Shown: piece by piece, positions 11,196 to 24,950 of the stretch
Numbering within the stretch: position 1 is the first letter of the stretch
How the letters are laid out: each line of letters opens with the position of its first letter
Assembly (NCBI GenBank): GCA_030141605.1
Contig: JAQGDQ010000039.1
Location: 620,001 to 684,000, forward strand
From: Tubiluchus corallicola
Lineage: Eukaryota > Animalia > Priapulida
Direction: 5' to 3'
Length of the DNA stretch: 64,000 bases
Made by a program: the position numbers and the translations under genes
The notes under the pieces: model-generated
Database searches by the model: none
Seen by the model: the letters and a program-made list of their open reading frames with translations, nothing else
Told to the model about the DNA's origin: nothing

Positions 11196-14100
11196 TCTCT
11201 ACATTGTACCAAACTACAATCTGGATTCGAATTGCAACAGGTGTTGAAATTTTACGCCGCTTCCGAACTCGAGTAACATCTCTTGCTTCCACGTTTATTT
11301 TTGTAAGTTATGTGTAAGGTAATTAGCTTTTGTGCTAACCACCTTCTACATGTAATACAATTATTCAACATTTTATGGATTCCTAAATAGGTATAGACTT
11401 AAAAGCACAAGAAAACCCTCCGCTTATATAAAACTTAAAAATTCGTCTTGAAATTTTATATTACTTGCATACTGCATTTTTGCATGACGGGCTTGCGTCG
11501 GTAGGAATGCTGTATAAAACTTGTAAATTTAAACTACCGCAATGACCGTTACGCGCAGCCATATTAATGGTAGGTCGTTTAAAACAAGGTTAGATAACAT
11601 TGCGTGAAGTTTAACAAAATAATCATAGCATTCGTAGCACACATGTTACTAACTTAGTAAAATTTTAAATTACTGTATCTTGTCAATAAGATTAAAAATA
11701 AGTTTTTTGGTTAGTGAGTGGCGCACCCTGGACGGTGAGTCAGCGACATTTTACCAACTGGCACGAACATTTTAAATTATTATTTCTAGTTACGTAAAGT
11801 CTTTCCAGCAGGTAAGCGGAAATGCTAAGTAATATAACAATGAATGGAAAGTTTTTTGGGACATAGTTTAACATTTCCTTTTCTTCCCCGATTTGCGTTT
11901 GCGCAGGTGACGTCATGTAATGGCGATTTCGGAACAGTATTGCGGGAGATTTAAAATGAAAACAAACAAAAATTCTTTTTAACGCGAGTACAATATATGC
12001 ATGAAAATGCTGTGAAATAATATAATTTTAATGCGATTTTTCTGAAAACCCTTAGATTTAATTAACCCCACAATTGAACTAAAGCATGGAAGCAAATCTT
12101 AAATTTACTCTGTAAAATTATACTGAACTCTGAATGAAAATGCGAAATGAATCCTGCCAGCAAAAACTATTTCATGTAAATCAATGGCTTTTTATTGTCA
12201 AGGTCAGAAGCCATAGAAGACCTACGAAAAAGGATAAAGCAGTAAATTACGCACAACTGAATGTTGGCAGAACGACATGCAATGAAACCTATCAGTACGA
12301 CTCCACGTCAATAACCTTCATTTCGAAAACGTTTTCAAGTTGCATACATTTCACTCTTTTGATAGACTAATCTAGTGTCAGTTTTGGTTTCATTTGCATT
12401 TTACTGAGCACATTTTCCTCAAGATAGGTCAGGTGGCGTCTGAACAATTCTCGCCTTGTTTGCCCACAAGAGAATAAAAACGAACTCACGATACAAATTA
12501 ATCAGCTTCGCCGTCGGTCGATCTTTAATTCCTTTGATCTTGACTTGAAGAGGCATGGTTAGGAAAGAAAATCTATCACTAAAACTAGAACGTGCGCCAG
12601 GGGCATTAGGCGTCTTCAAATAACAAGAACCAATAGTCCCTGTAATTACTAGGACAGATCTATACTAGTGAGAGCTAATCATGGACTTTTCCACTTAAAC
12701 CAACCTTCGGTATTGAGCCAATGATTGCGATGATTATGAATTCACTCAATTAAAATTTCCATCAGAGCTACAGGAAATCAACGTTAGTAAAACTACGGGA
12801 AAATTCTTGCAGTGCAATGGGTTTTGCTGCTGCCTCCATCAAAGCACAAAGACGACTCGGTGCTACAGACGTTCAATTATATCACATGAAGCATTTGACC
12901 AACTTGCAAAATTCAAATTGTCAAGAACGTATAGGAAAAAACGGCAACTCTGCAGGCTTCCAGATCTAATGACCCCCTAAAGGGAAACATATCCAAATGC
13001 AATATCTTTGCCATGCAAAGAACTTGTCACACGCATATGTGGTAATTGGCACATGTATTGTGCCATGTGGCTTACGTAGAAGGCGGCAAGATGTAATTTA
13101 CCAACACGTAACGGCAGAACAAGAAGACTGATTCCAAGGGACTGCAATTAATGTGGATTACGCACGACGATCTGAACGAGGAAGATTCAGCACTGGATCT
13201 CTTGATCACGTATGTCCATCCATCCTGCTAATGCTGCCTTGTTAAAGCCAATTATTTTGTTTTTGCGGGTTCGCTAAAAGCTATGGAGAGATGCGATTTT
13301 GATAAGAATGATTCTCGTGTACCCAAACAATAGCACAGTAATGGCTCTAACGGCACATGATCGCTACATTCTATTCACAGAATATTCTGTTATATGCATC
13401 CAGTAAGATAAACACTGCTGTAAATAAGGTGTTAATTAAGATATAAGCAAGCGGTATTTTTTCCGAAGTCATTCACTATGATTGCATAAACATCATAACA
13501 TTACAATAGAAAGATCAGTCATGCCCATGATAACGCACAAACATTTTAAGCAAACTGATTCAACGTCACTCTTGTTCACTTTTTAACAGGAACTTTTTCA
13601 GACATTGTTTTATGATGTAATTAAATAAATTAATGTAATTTGTATGTGTTCAATTTGTTTAAGCTGTCGTTTGTACACCTGTTTGTTTATAAATATCAAG
13701 TAAATGATCACTGATCTTGGTTTTTACATATTCTCATTGATCCTTTTTCAATACAGTGATTTTACTACAGTGACTGTTATATCTCATCATCATAATCATC
13801 ATCGCTCAACATCAATATATCTAACTGATAAGCAAGATGTTTTTCAAAAGCTTTAGCTAATGAGACAATATAATCGCATTGATCACGAACTTTGTACAAT
13901 ATCTAATTTACTGTATTAGACGGTATTAAAATTTTGCAGTAGAGTATTTTCCCCCTGTGCTACCCGTACAGTTGCAGCAGTTTGCATGAAATTATAGACG
14001 CCATTTCTCTAACTACCTTAGACATACGGGCTATGACATTTTTAGGCTCAAATCTTTAACGTTTCTAAAAGCAGTTCAGCGTTCTCTTGGGTACTCACTC

Positions 14101-15248
14101 GACCTCTACTCTTAGAATTCCTTGTTAAGTTACTTACTTTGAGGAGCCATTCAATAAAAATTACGAGTGCCGGATTTCTTGTTAGTGGCGAATAATTGCA
14201 TGAAATTTCTGCAATTGCTGCAACAATTTGCCACCTTTCTACGCAGCAATTTTTGTTTGGCAATGCAAATGAGTTCAGTTAAGTGTAATAGTATATAACC
14301 GACACTATTATAGGGACTTTATTCTTGCGCAAAAGACCCGAATCTCTTGAAAGGGGGAAACGGAATCATATTTTAGGCAAATACTAGAATTAATGCACGA
14401 CCACATACTGCTACTGGGCAACAGAAATAAAACAGCTGCTTGAGACTACCTTGTATATCTGCATCAATGCAAATGCCAATGCACGTGCGCCAAATAAACC
14501 AATCAGGCGACAGTGCGCGTAAAACAGAGAAGACAAACAGGTCGACTAAATGCTGCCTCCGGAAACATCTAAATGGTGAATATAAGCGCATAAAATTACA
14601 TGCTGTGCGCGTCTAGAGCAGATGGAAACCGGCGGACTTGAGGTACCAAAAAAGAGAATAGATCTAACTGGATCTAAACTAATCTAGCATTGAGGATGAC
14701 GTGAAAATACATATGTGAAATAGTAAAATAAATTTTAACACACAGCTGCTTTTCACAACAAAATGCTTTGCTCTCTGATTGCAACACAGTTAAAGAGAGA
14801 CTTTCCCAAGAGGGAGAAAATTTTGGGGGTAATCAACCAGTCTACCGCCAAAGCCACTATTAGACTGGCACGCAAGGCAAGCAAATTTGACTTTCCTTTT
14901 AACAAGAAAAAATTCTTCCCGTGTTAGTAATTATGCTGTTGTGGAACCGCTCATTGATATCGCATTAGACAGCTTTGCTTTTTTGAGAGAAAAAAGGCAA
15001 ATTGTCCGCTGCCAATGCAGTTAACCGGTGTGCGCTCTTAAAGTTAGAGGAGTGCCCTTGTCCTTCAATTACTATTTTGTTGTTGAATAAGGCAATTTAC
15101 GGGCATTGGGATTGCTGAGATCTGTATAATCTTAAACACATACAGTTCAAAAGAATGTGATCTCAGCTCTTCTTGAGCAATGAAATCAGGGGGTGTTGGA
15201 TTCGAGTCCACTGAGGCTGTGAAAATTTTCAGGCCTTCTAAATTCGGC

Positions 15249-15340
15249 TAGAGTTTATAATTGCCCACACGCAAAAAATGAGATCGTGAGGCTGATTAGA
15301 GTTAGGGTATTTAAATTATGTGGGAAACTGTAAACTTCTA
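15249..15340 (+). mobile_element. TTAGGG-carrying mini-TIR element, copy A
   Basis: GAGTTTATAATTGCCCACA ... TGTGGGAAACTGTAAACTT inverted ends; internal TCGTGAGGCTGATTAGAGTTAGGGTATTTAAA. Homologous to 18215, 42967 and 60828. Confidence 0.75.
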
Positions 15341-15350
15341 TCCTAAATTC

Positions 15351-15645
15351 TAATTTAGTATCGCTTTCTTGCATTTGTATGAGTGATCTCGAACTATATC
15401 TTTATACAGTCATTATAGTATGAACCTGTGGTCCTCGTTGATAGCCCTCTAATGGCTTGTAGTGTAAATTTTTGAAATCAGAATACATCTGTGGTGTAAT
15501 GTCTGCCCGGAAGGTGGAAGGTCTTGGGTTCGAGTCCCAGCGAAAATGCATGTTTTTTTTCAGACGTTGTAATTTAGCTCTGATTTCTTCCGTTTACTCA
15601 ATTAAGCCCGTTTGCAAAAACGAAAGTTTAATTTCGTATTAGCTA
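15351..15645 (+). mobile_element. Helentron/HINE-like non-autonomous element with internal tRNA-like cassette
   Basis: Starts TAATTTAGTATCGCTTT..GTATGAGTGATCT and ends with the hairpin CGTTTGCAAAAACG then TTTCGTATTAGCT. Internal B box GGTTCGAGTCC (~15527-15537) is followed by a T run. Termini resemble those at 8300-8335 and 37212-37490. Confidence 0.5.
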
Positions 15646-16199
15646 TAATATTGCAGAAAAACACAGAGGCTGCTATAACATAAGAAAGCTTTGAGAAATG
15701 AAAGCCTCGTAAGGCAAGATTTACAAATATTTCACGTGTCGTGCACTCTCACCACTATTCACAAAAACTGCGTTATTACCAGCGCTTTACCTTGAGAACA
15801 TGAATAAAGGTATTCTTTTGATCAACTCAGTTTTTAGATAGCAATCGCCATACGCGAAAGACTGAACAATCTCCACCGATTACGAAAATAAGTCGGCGAA
15901 ATCTAAGCCAGTTGCTAGTGCATCACTTTTACGTGCTCGTAAGAGAATTAATTATGTTAAGTAAACATGATTGCTTGACTATACATGCCGGATTTCTCCA
16001 ATTTTAGGCCGCTCTTTTATCAATGAGCAATGAGCTTAGTACATGATTTACCAATGCATAGATGAAGATAGCGGCGCAACCTCTTTCTTCGCTTTTATTA
16101 TTGTGTGGATTTCTCTGATTACTGCAATTCTTATTTTGGAAATACTGCACTTTATTGATTGGAGAATAGATGATGAACTCGCTTTTTTGCGCTGCACTC

Positions 16200-16560
16200 A
16201 TTTATCCTTTATCCCTACTTCCGTTTCCCTTTCTATATTTCTTATTTCTCACTGTTCTCGCTCTCTCTCTTTTTCTTTCTTCGCTATTTCATTCCTCACT
16301 TCATTCATTCGTTCATTCATTCACTCATTCATTCATTCAATCTAACTTTCTTGTTTTCGAACTTTCTTCATTTCTCTCATCCATATTGTCTTTTTATTCT
16401 TCTTTTGTTTCTTTCTCTCTATTTATCTTTCTCTCCACCTTTGTCCCTAAATTGCCACTTACCTTCCATCCTTATTTACTTATATGTTTATTTATTTGTT
16501 TGTTCGTTTGTTTCCTTTTTCCCTTATTCTCGGTGCTTATTCCTTTTTTTTGTCAAGCTG
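16200..16560. repeat. Pyrimidine-rich low-complexity tract including (TCAT)n
   Basis: Direct reading; explains the F/S/L-rich ORFs 16043-16622. Confidence 0.85.
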
Positions 16561-18214
16561 CTTTATTTCATATCACAATAAAAACCTCGTTTTTGTTCGA
16601 CGAGCACATTAAGTATCACTAACTATAACAACCAAAAATTTGAAATAAAATTGCGAGTAGTTAGTTCTCACCACAGTTTCCATTCACTTACTTTTCATCA
16701 GCCTCTGTCGGGGGCCTCCAGCGCCCGATAATGAACAAATTAACCAGCATCCTGAGCTTAGCTTCTTTGCAGCGTTTGAAACGGAGGAAATTAGGCTGCA
16801 GGAAGAGTAAGATCAGAAGGAAGAAAATTAAGTCTGTCTCCGCCGCAGCACGCTAGAAAAACAGTGCAATCAGTCCACGGGTCACCGGGTTAATTGCTGC
16901 AAACTGTCAAACATTGTGCGCCGGCAAGCATTAGTCACATTAATACCATAGAAGCCAGCCTGTCCGTGACGACATACTACGTCCAAAAACCAGCGTCTTA
17001 TTGCTATTTTAACAGGATGGCGTTGCAAATATTGCAAATAGCTACATTGAAATGAGCTTACATTCAGGTAAGCTCATAAAATTCAGAAGCTAAATTCATA
17101 AATTAAGTCCATATAGACTACATAACGCAGAATTGGAATTAGAAATTTATTGGCATATACACTACATTACAATGACATACATACAGCAAAACAACAACAA
17201 AATACGAAAGTACAAAACACAGCTATTACGTTATAGCTATAGTAACGCATAACATATATATATATAATTTTACTATAGATACAGTTAGCGTATCATTAAA
17301 TAATAATAAATAATATCAATATTAACATGTTACTGTAGAAGAGGGTGAATAAGAATAATAAAGTTATTAAAGCTCCTTCTACACTGCAGGAATAAGCAAT
17401 GTACAGTTCATTAGTATTGTGAATTTTTGAGCAGTTTGGTATAAACAACGGGGTGAATCGGGACAGCATGCACGTATACTTGACTCCATGCTGGAGAAAC
17501 AAAACAATACAATGAGCAAATGGGATCTGCAGCCCATCCTAGAAGGTTGTATTTAGTTCTAAGATATAAGGTCAATTAGAGAAAAAGGCAAATTTTCATG
17601 TTTGATGATATGCAACAGATTGTGCTATTTGCAAATAACATGCAAATTTGCAACAAATATTACGACATTTACCATGACGCACATGATGCTATATGAATCA
17701 TGCCAACAAAGATTTCTAAATGAACTCGGTTCTTTTAATCATTTTATAATCCTCACCTATGATAATTTATAAAGTTTATAAGCTACAGGCACAAGAAGTA
17801 AGCACGGAAGCAAATCTGGAATATTGCCAACGTGTCAGATTTTAGCGGTGATATATAAATTTTAATCGGCTTTTTCAAGCTTCCCATTATTCCGAGAGTA
17901 AAATCGCGTTGACAACTGGTAAATCGCGCAATCATATAGAATTTGTTCCATTTTAAAAAGATAGAAATGGAATTATTCAGTGATTAAAAACGGAATTTGA
18001 CGTAGGAAAGACAGTTCCTACATTTTGGCAAAAGAAAAGAAACTATTATATATTTATTTATTATTTACTTCGTCACAGTCATAGAGTTATCAATGACTGT
18101 ACGACAACATTAGTACAAAAATGCGCAAAAAAGCAAAAAAATTGATTAGTTGTAGGCAAATAAACCTATGCATTTTTATTTATTCATTTATTACAGTGAT
18201 TAACAACGATTAAC

Positions 18215-18344
18215 AGCAATTACAATTCCCCACACAAAAGAAATTACTTCGTGAAGCAGATTAGGGTTAGGGTTAGGATTAGGATCAGGGTTAGGGTTGG
18301 GTTAGGGTTAGGGTATTTAAGTTATATGGGGAATTGTAAACTCC
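18215..18344 (+). mobile_element. TTAGGG-carrying mini-TIR element, copy B (longest telomeric tract)
   Basis: TTACAATTCCCCACA ... TATGGGGAATTGTAAACTCC inverted ends; about 9 TTAGGG-like units at 18261-18313. Confidence 0.85.
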
Positions 18345-19575
18345 TTTGCGTATTTAATTAAATTTTTATTTATGACAGAACTGAGGCACGTCAAAAATTG
18401 CATCATTTTGACACATGAAACGTAGCTCACTGAGTGTCTTTCCCGCCATATGTTTCTTGCAATTTTAATATTCAGGGACAGCTGACTAGCTGACCATCAG
18501 GTCTTTCGCTATCCCACCCTTCTTTAACTTTGCAAATTATTAAGTATTGTTATGGTCTGATTTTCTTATGAAGACAAATAAACGATTCTGATTGAGAAAA
18601 TAAGGTCTGTCGGTTCGCTTTTAGGCAGAATACGAAAGCTAAAACTACAATTTCGTTTCGTTGAAAACACAAGAGCATCGTTGAATAAGGCAAAGCAATT
18701 AACTCCACAGACCCCAAAATTTCGTCGCAGACTTAGAAAACGAAACCAGTTCACAGTTGCAGTGGATCATTTGGTGGGCACTACTTTATGACTGGTCACG
18801 ACGTAGTTAAGGATTCAATGCCTAGAACCCAAGTGAGTGAAGTGACCCAACCAATACTATACTAATGTTAGTTTTCTGATTGAGACAACCTTCAAAAATT
18901 AACCACTTGCATTTTGCTGTTTAAATATAAAGTTAAAACTCCGTTTTTTGACGGAGTTAATTAAATAATTACCTGTAAATGCATTCAGATGAAAGCAAAC
19001 ATATTACTAGAATGATAAAAAATTATATTAATGTGAGTTGTAACTGAGTCGATACCATTTCAAATTGCAAAACTTGATCATGACCCAGGTTCAAGGGTCG
19101 ACCCAGTGATCCAACCATAATACATATACATAGTTAGTTAGAGCTGGTTTATGGCTATACTGAAGCAGAATGCTTAAAATGTTGGTTATCAAGAAATGTT
19201 TGCCAGGACAAATAGATAAAATATTCGATACTCGTAAACCATGTTTAATAAAAGTTCTTGAAAACGCGTACGCAGAAGGGTTTACCAAATTTAACAATAA
19301 AAATTCTTGACAGTGCTAACAATAGTAATAATCAGTCATATCATTAAAGCAAATTTCCGGCAAAATCCATCTAGCATACCTGTCGACCATTATGGACATC
19401 ATGGGCATCGATTACCATTTGACTTCCAATAACAGTTATAACCCTGAAACATCTATGCAACTTTGGAATAAATGTAAAAATTAAATCCAGCAACGATAAA
19501 TTTGTGAAAATCTAATCAATGTGCAAATTAGATGTGTGAAAAATCTAGGAGCAAACTTGTTTCTAAAATGACCAG

Positions 19576-19854
19576 ACGGCATAATCTAGTGATAGCGCGT
19601 CCGCTTTCGGTCTTGGAGGTCGTGAGTTCAATACAGCGGCTGGGAAATACCAAAAGCTCTAAAAATGGTACCTGCCGTTACCCTGCCTTACTCGTGGTAC
19701 ACACGCTAAAAGTGGGATAATAATAGTCTCTGTTATGTAGTTGTAGGTTGCTATTTACAGTCGGCAAAAAGCGCTTTGAGCTTATGTTAATTGTTCATCC
19801 AAAAGCCGACTTTAAATAAAGATTTTTATGGTTATTATATTACATTATATTATT
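19576..19854 (+). mobile_element. tRNA-derived SINE with Meta-like core and L2-like tail
   Basis: A-box-like start, B box GAGTTCAATAC, then ATACCAAAAGCTCTAAAAATGGTACC (Meta-domain-like). The tail AAGCGCTTTGAG...AAATAAAG ends in (TTA)-rich repeats. Confidence 0.65.
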
Positions 19855-22070
19855 CAAACATCATCGACGAACTTTAAGGTTAGCTGTAATAGCGTAATAG
19901 TTCATAGCTACTAGCACATTGCATTGTTGCTGCTTCCTACAAAAGCCCTTATATTTAATCACCATTTTTCTGTTAAAACCTCGCACGATAATTGTCATCC
20001 TCGAGCGCAGAAACGAGGTACGTAATCACTGTTAAATGGGTCAAAAACGCAATTGTTTTGCCTAGGCTTATAACAAGAACAGAAACGCAACGCAAGCGTC
20101 TTCTTTCACGGAGCGAGTAATTGGCTTCATTCTGGAACTCTCGGTAATTGCATCATGGGATAGCTGATGTAAGCCGAGTGATGCAGACCTGGATTTCATC
20201 ATAATAGAAAATCTGATATGTATGGTGAGTATTTTGAGCCTGCATGAATCACGCACAATCGTTTTTGAATAAACATAAAAACAGAAAATCCCATTAAAAA
20301 TGCTCCTAGAGACAAGATTTGCTGATGTATGAAAGCACAGAAAAAACAATTATCACACATTTCATAAACAACCCACTGCATAATAAATTGTATTACATTT
20401 TTATTAGGAAAATAGGAACCTTTGCACTGAATACTAGCTGTCACCAGATTTTCCTAAAGATGACGGCTAGTGCGTTGGATTTTCCTAACAAAAATCTAAT
20501 AAAATTAATTATATAGTGGCTTTGTTTATGAAATGGTTATTGTTCTTGTTGTAAGGAATTTAAGCACTTCAATTATCATGCTGCAGGTACTATGTTTTGT
20601 GAAAAAAGAAAATATACTACTTTAATGTAAAAAACTGTTAAGCAAATGGTCCCTTCATTATAAAACCTCTGGCCCAAGGAGCAGTGTTACTTCCAAACGA
20701 TGTTTTTAGTTCACTTGCCTTTGCCAGCTTAGTTAACTTATTTGTCTACTTTTTAAATGGAAGCTTTACTTGTCTTTGTGATTCTTGGTCTGCAATGGTT
20801 TGAAATATCTTCGGTTGGTTTATAGCCGTCTTAATCCCAAGCCCATTTGTCTTACCATTTCTTTGACAATTTTATATTTATGAGAATTTTATTTCGGTCC
20901 AGGTGATCGTAAAAACAAGGGATGATAGGGTTAACTTTGCATTTGGGTAAAGTCTGGTTTGAAGAGGTACACCGTAACAATCAACCTGAGACAGAATCAA
21001 AACTATGATATTTCGCTGTCGGGAACGGCACCTACTTCTTGACAGATTGACAAATAAAACTTAAGCCTTTGCTTATCCCTATAACTTTGCAAAATCGTCT
21101 ATTTGGTAAGAATATAACTGACTGCCATACAATTTAAACATCTTATTCCCTGAATCCTGTCGAACTCGCAAGCTCAGTGTTCCTTAAAATTTTAAGAACA
21201 TTTCCCAGTCTTACATATCAGATTCTTCATTCTTTCTCTCTCTCTGTGTAACTTGCATGGGACTCAGCTGTCAAGAAAATCTGAAACTCCTACTTCACTC
21301 GAAAACATGGCGAGCCGCAAACGCTTAAATATTGCATGTCAGTGTCTTTTTTATTGCTTATTTTTAACGAGACAGCTATACGTGACTGTTGAGGAAAATG
21401 GCTTATATGAAAACCCGATCAAACATGCCTCAATGACCCAGACAGATTTATATTTGCCTATGCTTGGCAGTACGTAAGAAAATTACAGTTTATATTCCGT
21501 CGGGACGAATATCTGGCAGGATTGTGTAATCTGAAGGGAATTGTGGTGCGCAAACACCATTTACATAAAACTCCTCGTGCAGGCTGACAAAAGCTCTAGC
21601 AGTTTGAGTAAGGCGTTCAATGGACAAAGATACTTTTTACTTTAGGATGACGACATTTGAAAGAGCTCCTCTCTCTGTTAAAAAGAGTAAAAATAAAAAC
21701 ATTGATGCTTGTGAACAAATGACAGGAGCGTCTTTAATACGAAACATGAAAGGCAAGAGATGTTAAAATGTCAAATCATATCAGTAAAGTTCAAAAGTCT
21801 TTAAGGATCGAAAATGAATACAAGTTGACACAAGGTTTTATTTTAGAAATTGGGATATGTAGAAAATACTGTGAAATTCTTCTGTTGGTGATTCCAGTAA
21901 ACTTATTTGGGGGAATCTAAGCAATCGAACAAATTTATAATAAATTAACTCAACACACAACAAGAAAAAGTTAGGACTGTTAATGTCTTTCGTTTAAACT
22001 GAATTGCGCTGATGTACATTTAAACCCAGGGCTCGTTTCAACAGAGTTTTCATTTAAAGTAGGTGCCAGG

Positions 22071-22416
22071 CAGGATTATGACCTTTTAGGCCCTAGGGTA
22101 CGAAATTATGGCTCCCCCTCAAACGGAGCCACCCTCTTAAAGCAAGAGCACCTCTGTTGAATTTTTTACTCGTGATATATTTTAGCGACAATTACATAGC
22201 TTGAAGTAAACTCATTGCAACTTCTTTAAATAAACTAGAATAGTCATATTTTATTTGTCTATAAAAATATTCTTTAAGGAATGTCTTTATTTTACTATTT
22301 ATTGCAAACCAAATTAGCACTATTTCAACACAACAGTATTGAAAAAACAGATTTTTTTACCAACTATTATAAAGCTTGAGGGACCCTAGGCTGCAGCCTA
22401 TGATAACCCGACCCTG
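22071..22416. mobile_element. hAT-type MITE
   Basis: Right end TAACCCGACCCTG (rc CAGGGTCGGGTTA); left end CAGGATTA, apparently with an internal deletion. CCCTAGG subterminal motif at both ends. Flanking 8-mers GTGCCAGG (22063-70) and CTGCCAGG (22417-24) match at 7/8. Confidence 0.65.
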
Positions 22417-23099
22417 CTGCCAGGGTGCAAGATTACGTCATGCAGTGCAGGTGACAATGTCGGGTGTAATCACACACTTACGTTACATAGCTTTCTCATT
22501 AACTGAATTTACGGTTGCAACCCTTATATATCACTGAACTGAAAATTAGTACATTGAGCGTTAAGTGCAAATAACACGTAACAAAAATGGGCAATATGTC
22601 TGAACCGAACACGTGGTCACACAGTGAAAAAAATCCCACGATGTTTTTTGTACAATAATGATCGATATAATAATAGCGTGTGGGCTTTAGGCACGATCGT
22701 TTTATGGAGTGTGGGACATAATTGTTGCTGTATAGAAATCGACAAGGTATTGCAAGCACTGGCAAGAGGTTCACGTACGGTTAACCGAAAGGTGAAAAGC
22801 TTTTTGATTAATGATGTCACACGGGTGAATACAAAGAACGGCAACAAACGATATGGAATAACTTTAACTATTCACTACGTTTGCTCTTGAAATGTAGAAT
22901 CAACAGTCTCTGAATAAAAGTGATTGTACGCGCGAATATCATGAACAAATAAATGCAGCAATAGCACACGTTGAAAGCCTTCATTTAATACTTTCTTTAA
23001 TAGAACGCTTGCTTTACTGAACGTTACACAATTGCGGCAAGATTAATTGAATTAAAAAAGTACAGGGTTTGTTTACCTACGCCAAAGTTCTGCTTTAGT

Positions 23100-23613
23100 T
23101 TTCGTGGAGAGATACCTGTTCCAGTCTAAGTTCAGAGGACTTGAGCTCATGCATCAGACAATACTCGACCTTTGCCTGATAACCTCTGGTGTATGGCTTC
23201 TTATATTAGAGCAAAATTGCCATCTCATGATGTGTTAGTTTACAAAGGCAGGTGGGCTCCTGTTCCTAGGGATAGGAGAGTGTGCTCATGTGATAAAGTA
23301 AGTTCAAAGCGAAGAGTATGTTTTTTGTCATTACAGCACATGTTAAGACGAAATAGAGCACTGATCATAAGTTAGTATTTTCATCTATAAGGCAGCTTTT
23401 TGAAGCTGACATTAATGCGTTGTGTCTGTTTATTAATGATCGTTTTAACTATAATTAACAGAAAACGGTAACAAATAGTAGAGTGTACGTGGTGTGGACA
23501 ATTATTATTAGTGTGTAGACATTGTCATACGCATTATTATTATTATTTTTATTTGATTTTATTTTGCAATTTTAATAATAGTCAATAAATTTAAAATTAA
23601 AAAAATTAAAATT
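23100..23613 (+). mobile_element. 5'-truncated LINE (RTE-X/L2-related) 3' end with Zn-knuckle
   Basis: YIRAKLPSHDVLVYKGRWAPVPRDRRVCSCDK matches the R.SSH.L.IE.GRW...PRE.R.C.C ORF2 C-terminal motif; AATAAA and an A-rich tail at ~23584-23613. Confidence 0.75.
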
Positions 23614-24787
23614 TCGATAGCTGTCTTTCTCCATTTGACAGTACATGTGTAATAAAAAACCTATGTTTTCGATCCTGTACATAAGAAGCGGCGTTAAACT
23701 ACTAGTCCTATTGTAAAACTCAAGATGGTTCTATAATTTTGTGTTCGCTAACTAACCAGCTGACTAATTAGCTCACTCAATTAATCACTTTTCAGAAGCC
23801 TAAACTGATATCTAGGGACAGTGTATACGTATAGGCGTATTACACATGAGACCAAGTTGAAGAAGAGACAACAGGTGTTAGAAATTAGCATTGTAACAGT
23901 TGGTCGGATACTATACTTAATTAAAGATAGTGATAGTATGCAATGAGGTCAATCTAAAAGTCATTTTACTTTACAATTAGTCCACAGCCAGCTTCAGTTC
24001 AAACTTTAATCAGTCTTTGTTTCTAGTACATTACATAAATTTTGATTACAGCCTTACACCACATTCTATAATCCACTTTCAAACATCCGCAACAAAAAAG
24101 GGCACGAACAAAGAGCACAACTTTGATATTTACGGACACTATTCTCGGATACACACTAAATCCCCACTGCTGCCACATATCAAATAGCAAAACTGCATTC
24201 GTCAAAACTTTCAGACGTGGATCCGGCCAACACGAACATAAACCGCACAAATAATTAGCAGAGTTATATTTACGTCGTTTGGCAAAATTTATTATAATTA
24301 AGTGTAATTCATCATTTTGAAATGTCAGGCAGCTTGAAGGAAATGAAAGGCTTGAGGAGATTACGTTTAAATAATCTATTAGAATTTAATTAAATATTTT
24401 TTATAAACCATATTTGCGCATAAGACGACGAGGCAGTTAAACAATGTGTCCAAGAACAAGAGCAAATATACGTATGTAGTTACTTCTGGGCCAATAGAAA
24501 TTCATATAAGCCAGTCTATATCTGTATTCGATTTGTAACTGTAACATTCATTCATTAATTTTTACGTCCGAATGTTATAAGTTTGAGTTTATTACAGGAA
24601 CTAATGTTTATATAAAAATACAGTACGACATGTGACGGAAATGTAACAATAACGTTTTACACGGGACTTATGAGAGTACTCTGCTGAGACTTGTCACGTT
24701 ACAACTTGTAAGAATACAAACTTGAATGCTCTCTTCTTAGTCACAAAAAAGATTTTTTTATTTATTTCTATCCTAAAGGGGTTCGTA

Positions 24788-24950
24788 CAATTGAATTGAT
24801 TACTGGAAAATGAAAACTAGCGTTGCTAATCTAAAGAGATGAGCTGCTAAAATTGAGTTTTTTAGCTTAGCAGTTCAACTGTCAGGTGGTTAGCAGCACA
24901 ACTCTCAGATTAGCAGCACAAGTTTTCACTTTGCAGTAGTCAGTTCAGTT
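24788..24950. mobile_element. Fold-back MITE (~60-bp imperfect arms)
   Basis: Left arm TTGAATTGATTACTGGAAAATGAAAACTAGCGTTGCTAATCTAAAGAG matches the reverse complement of the right arm, CTGAACTGACTACTGCAAAGTGAAAACTTGTGCTGCTAATCTGAGAG. Internal GCTGCTAA repeats. Confidence 0.75.

Noticed and set aside
16043-16622. 100-150 aa hydrophobic ORFs that look like membrane proteins
   Set aside because: Translations of a pyrimidine-rich/(TCAT)n low-complexity tract, open in several frames.
18261-18313. Chromosome-fusion telomere scar
   Set aside because: Single orientation and enclosed by TIRs shared with three other copies.
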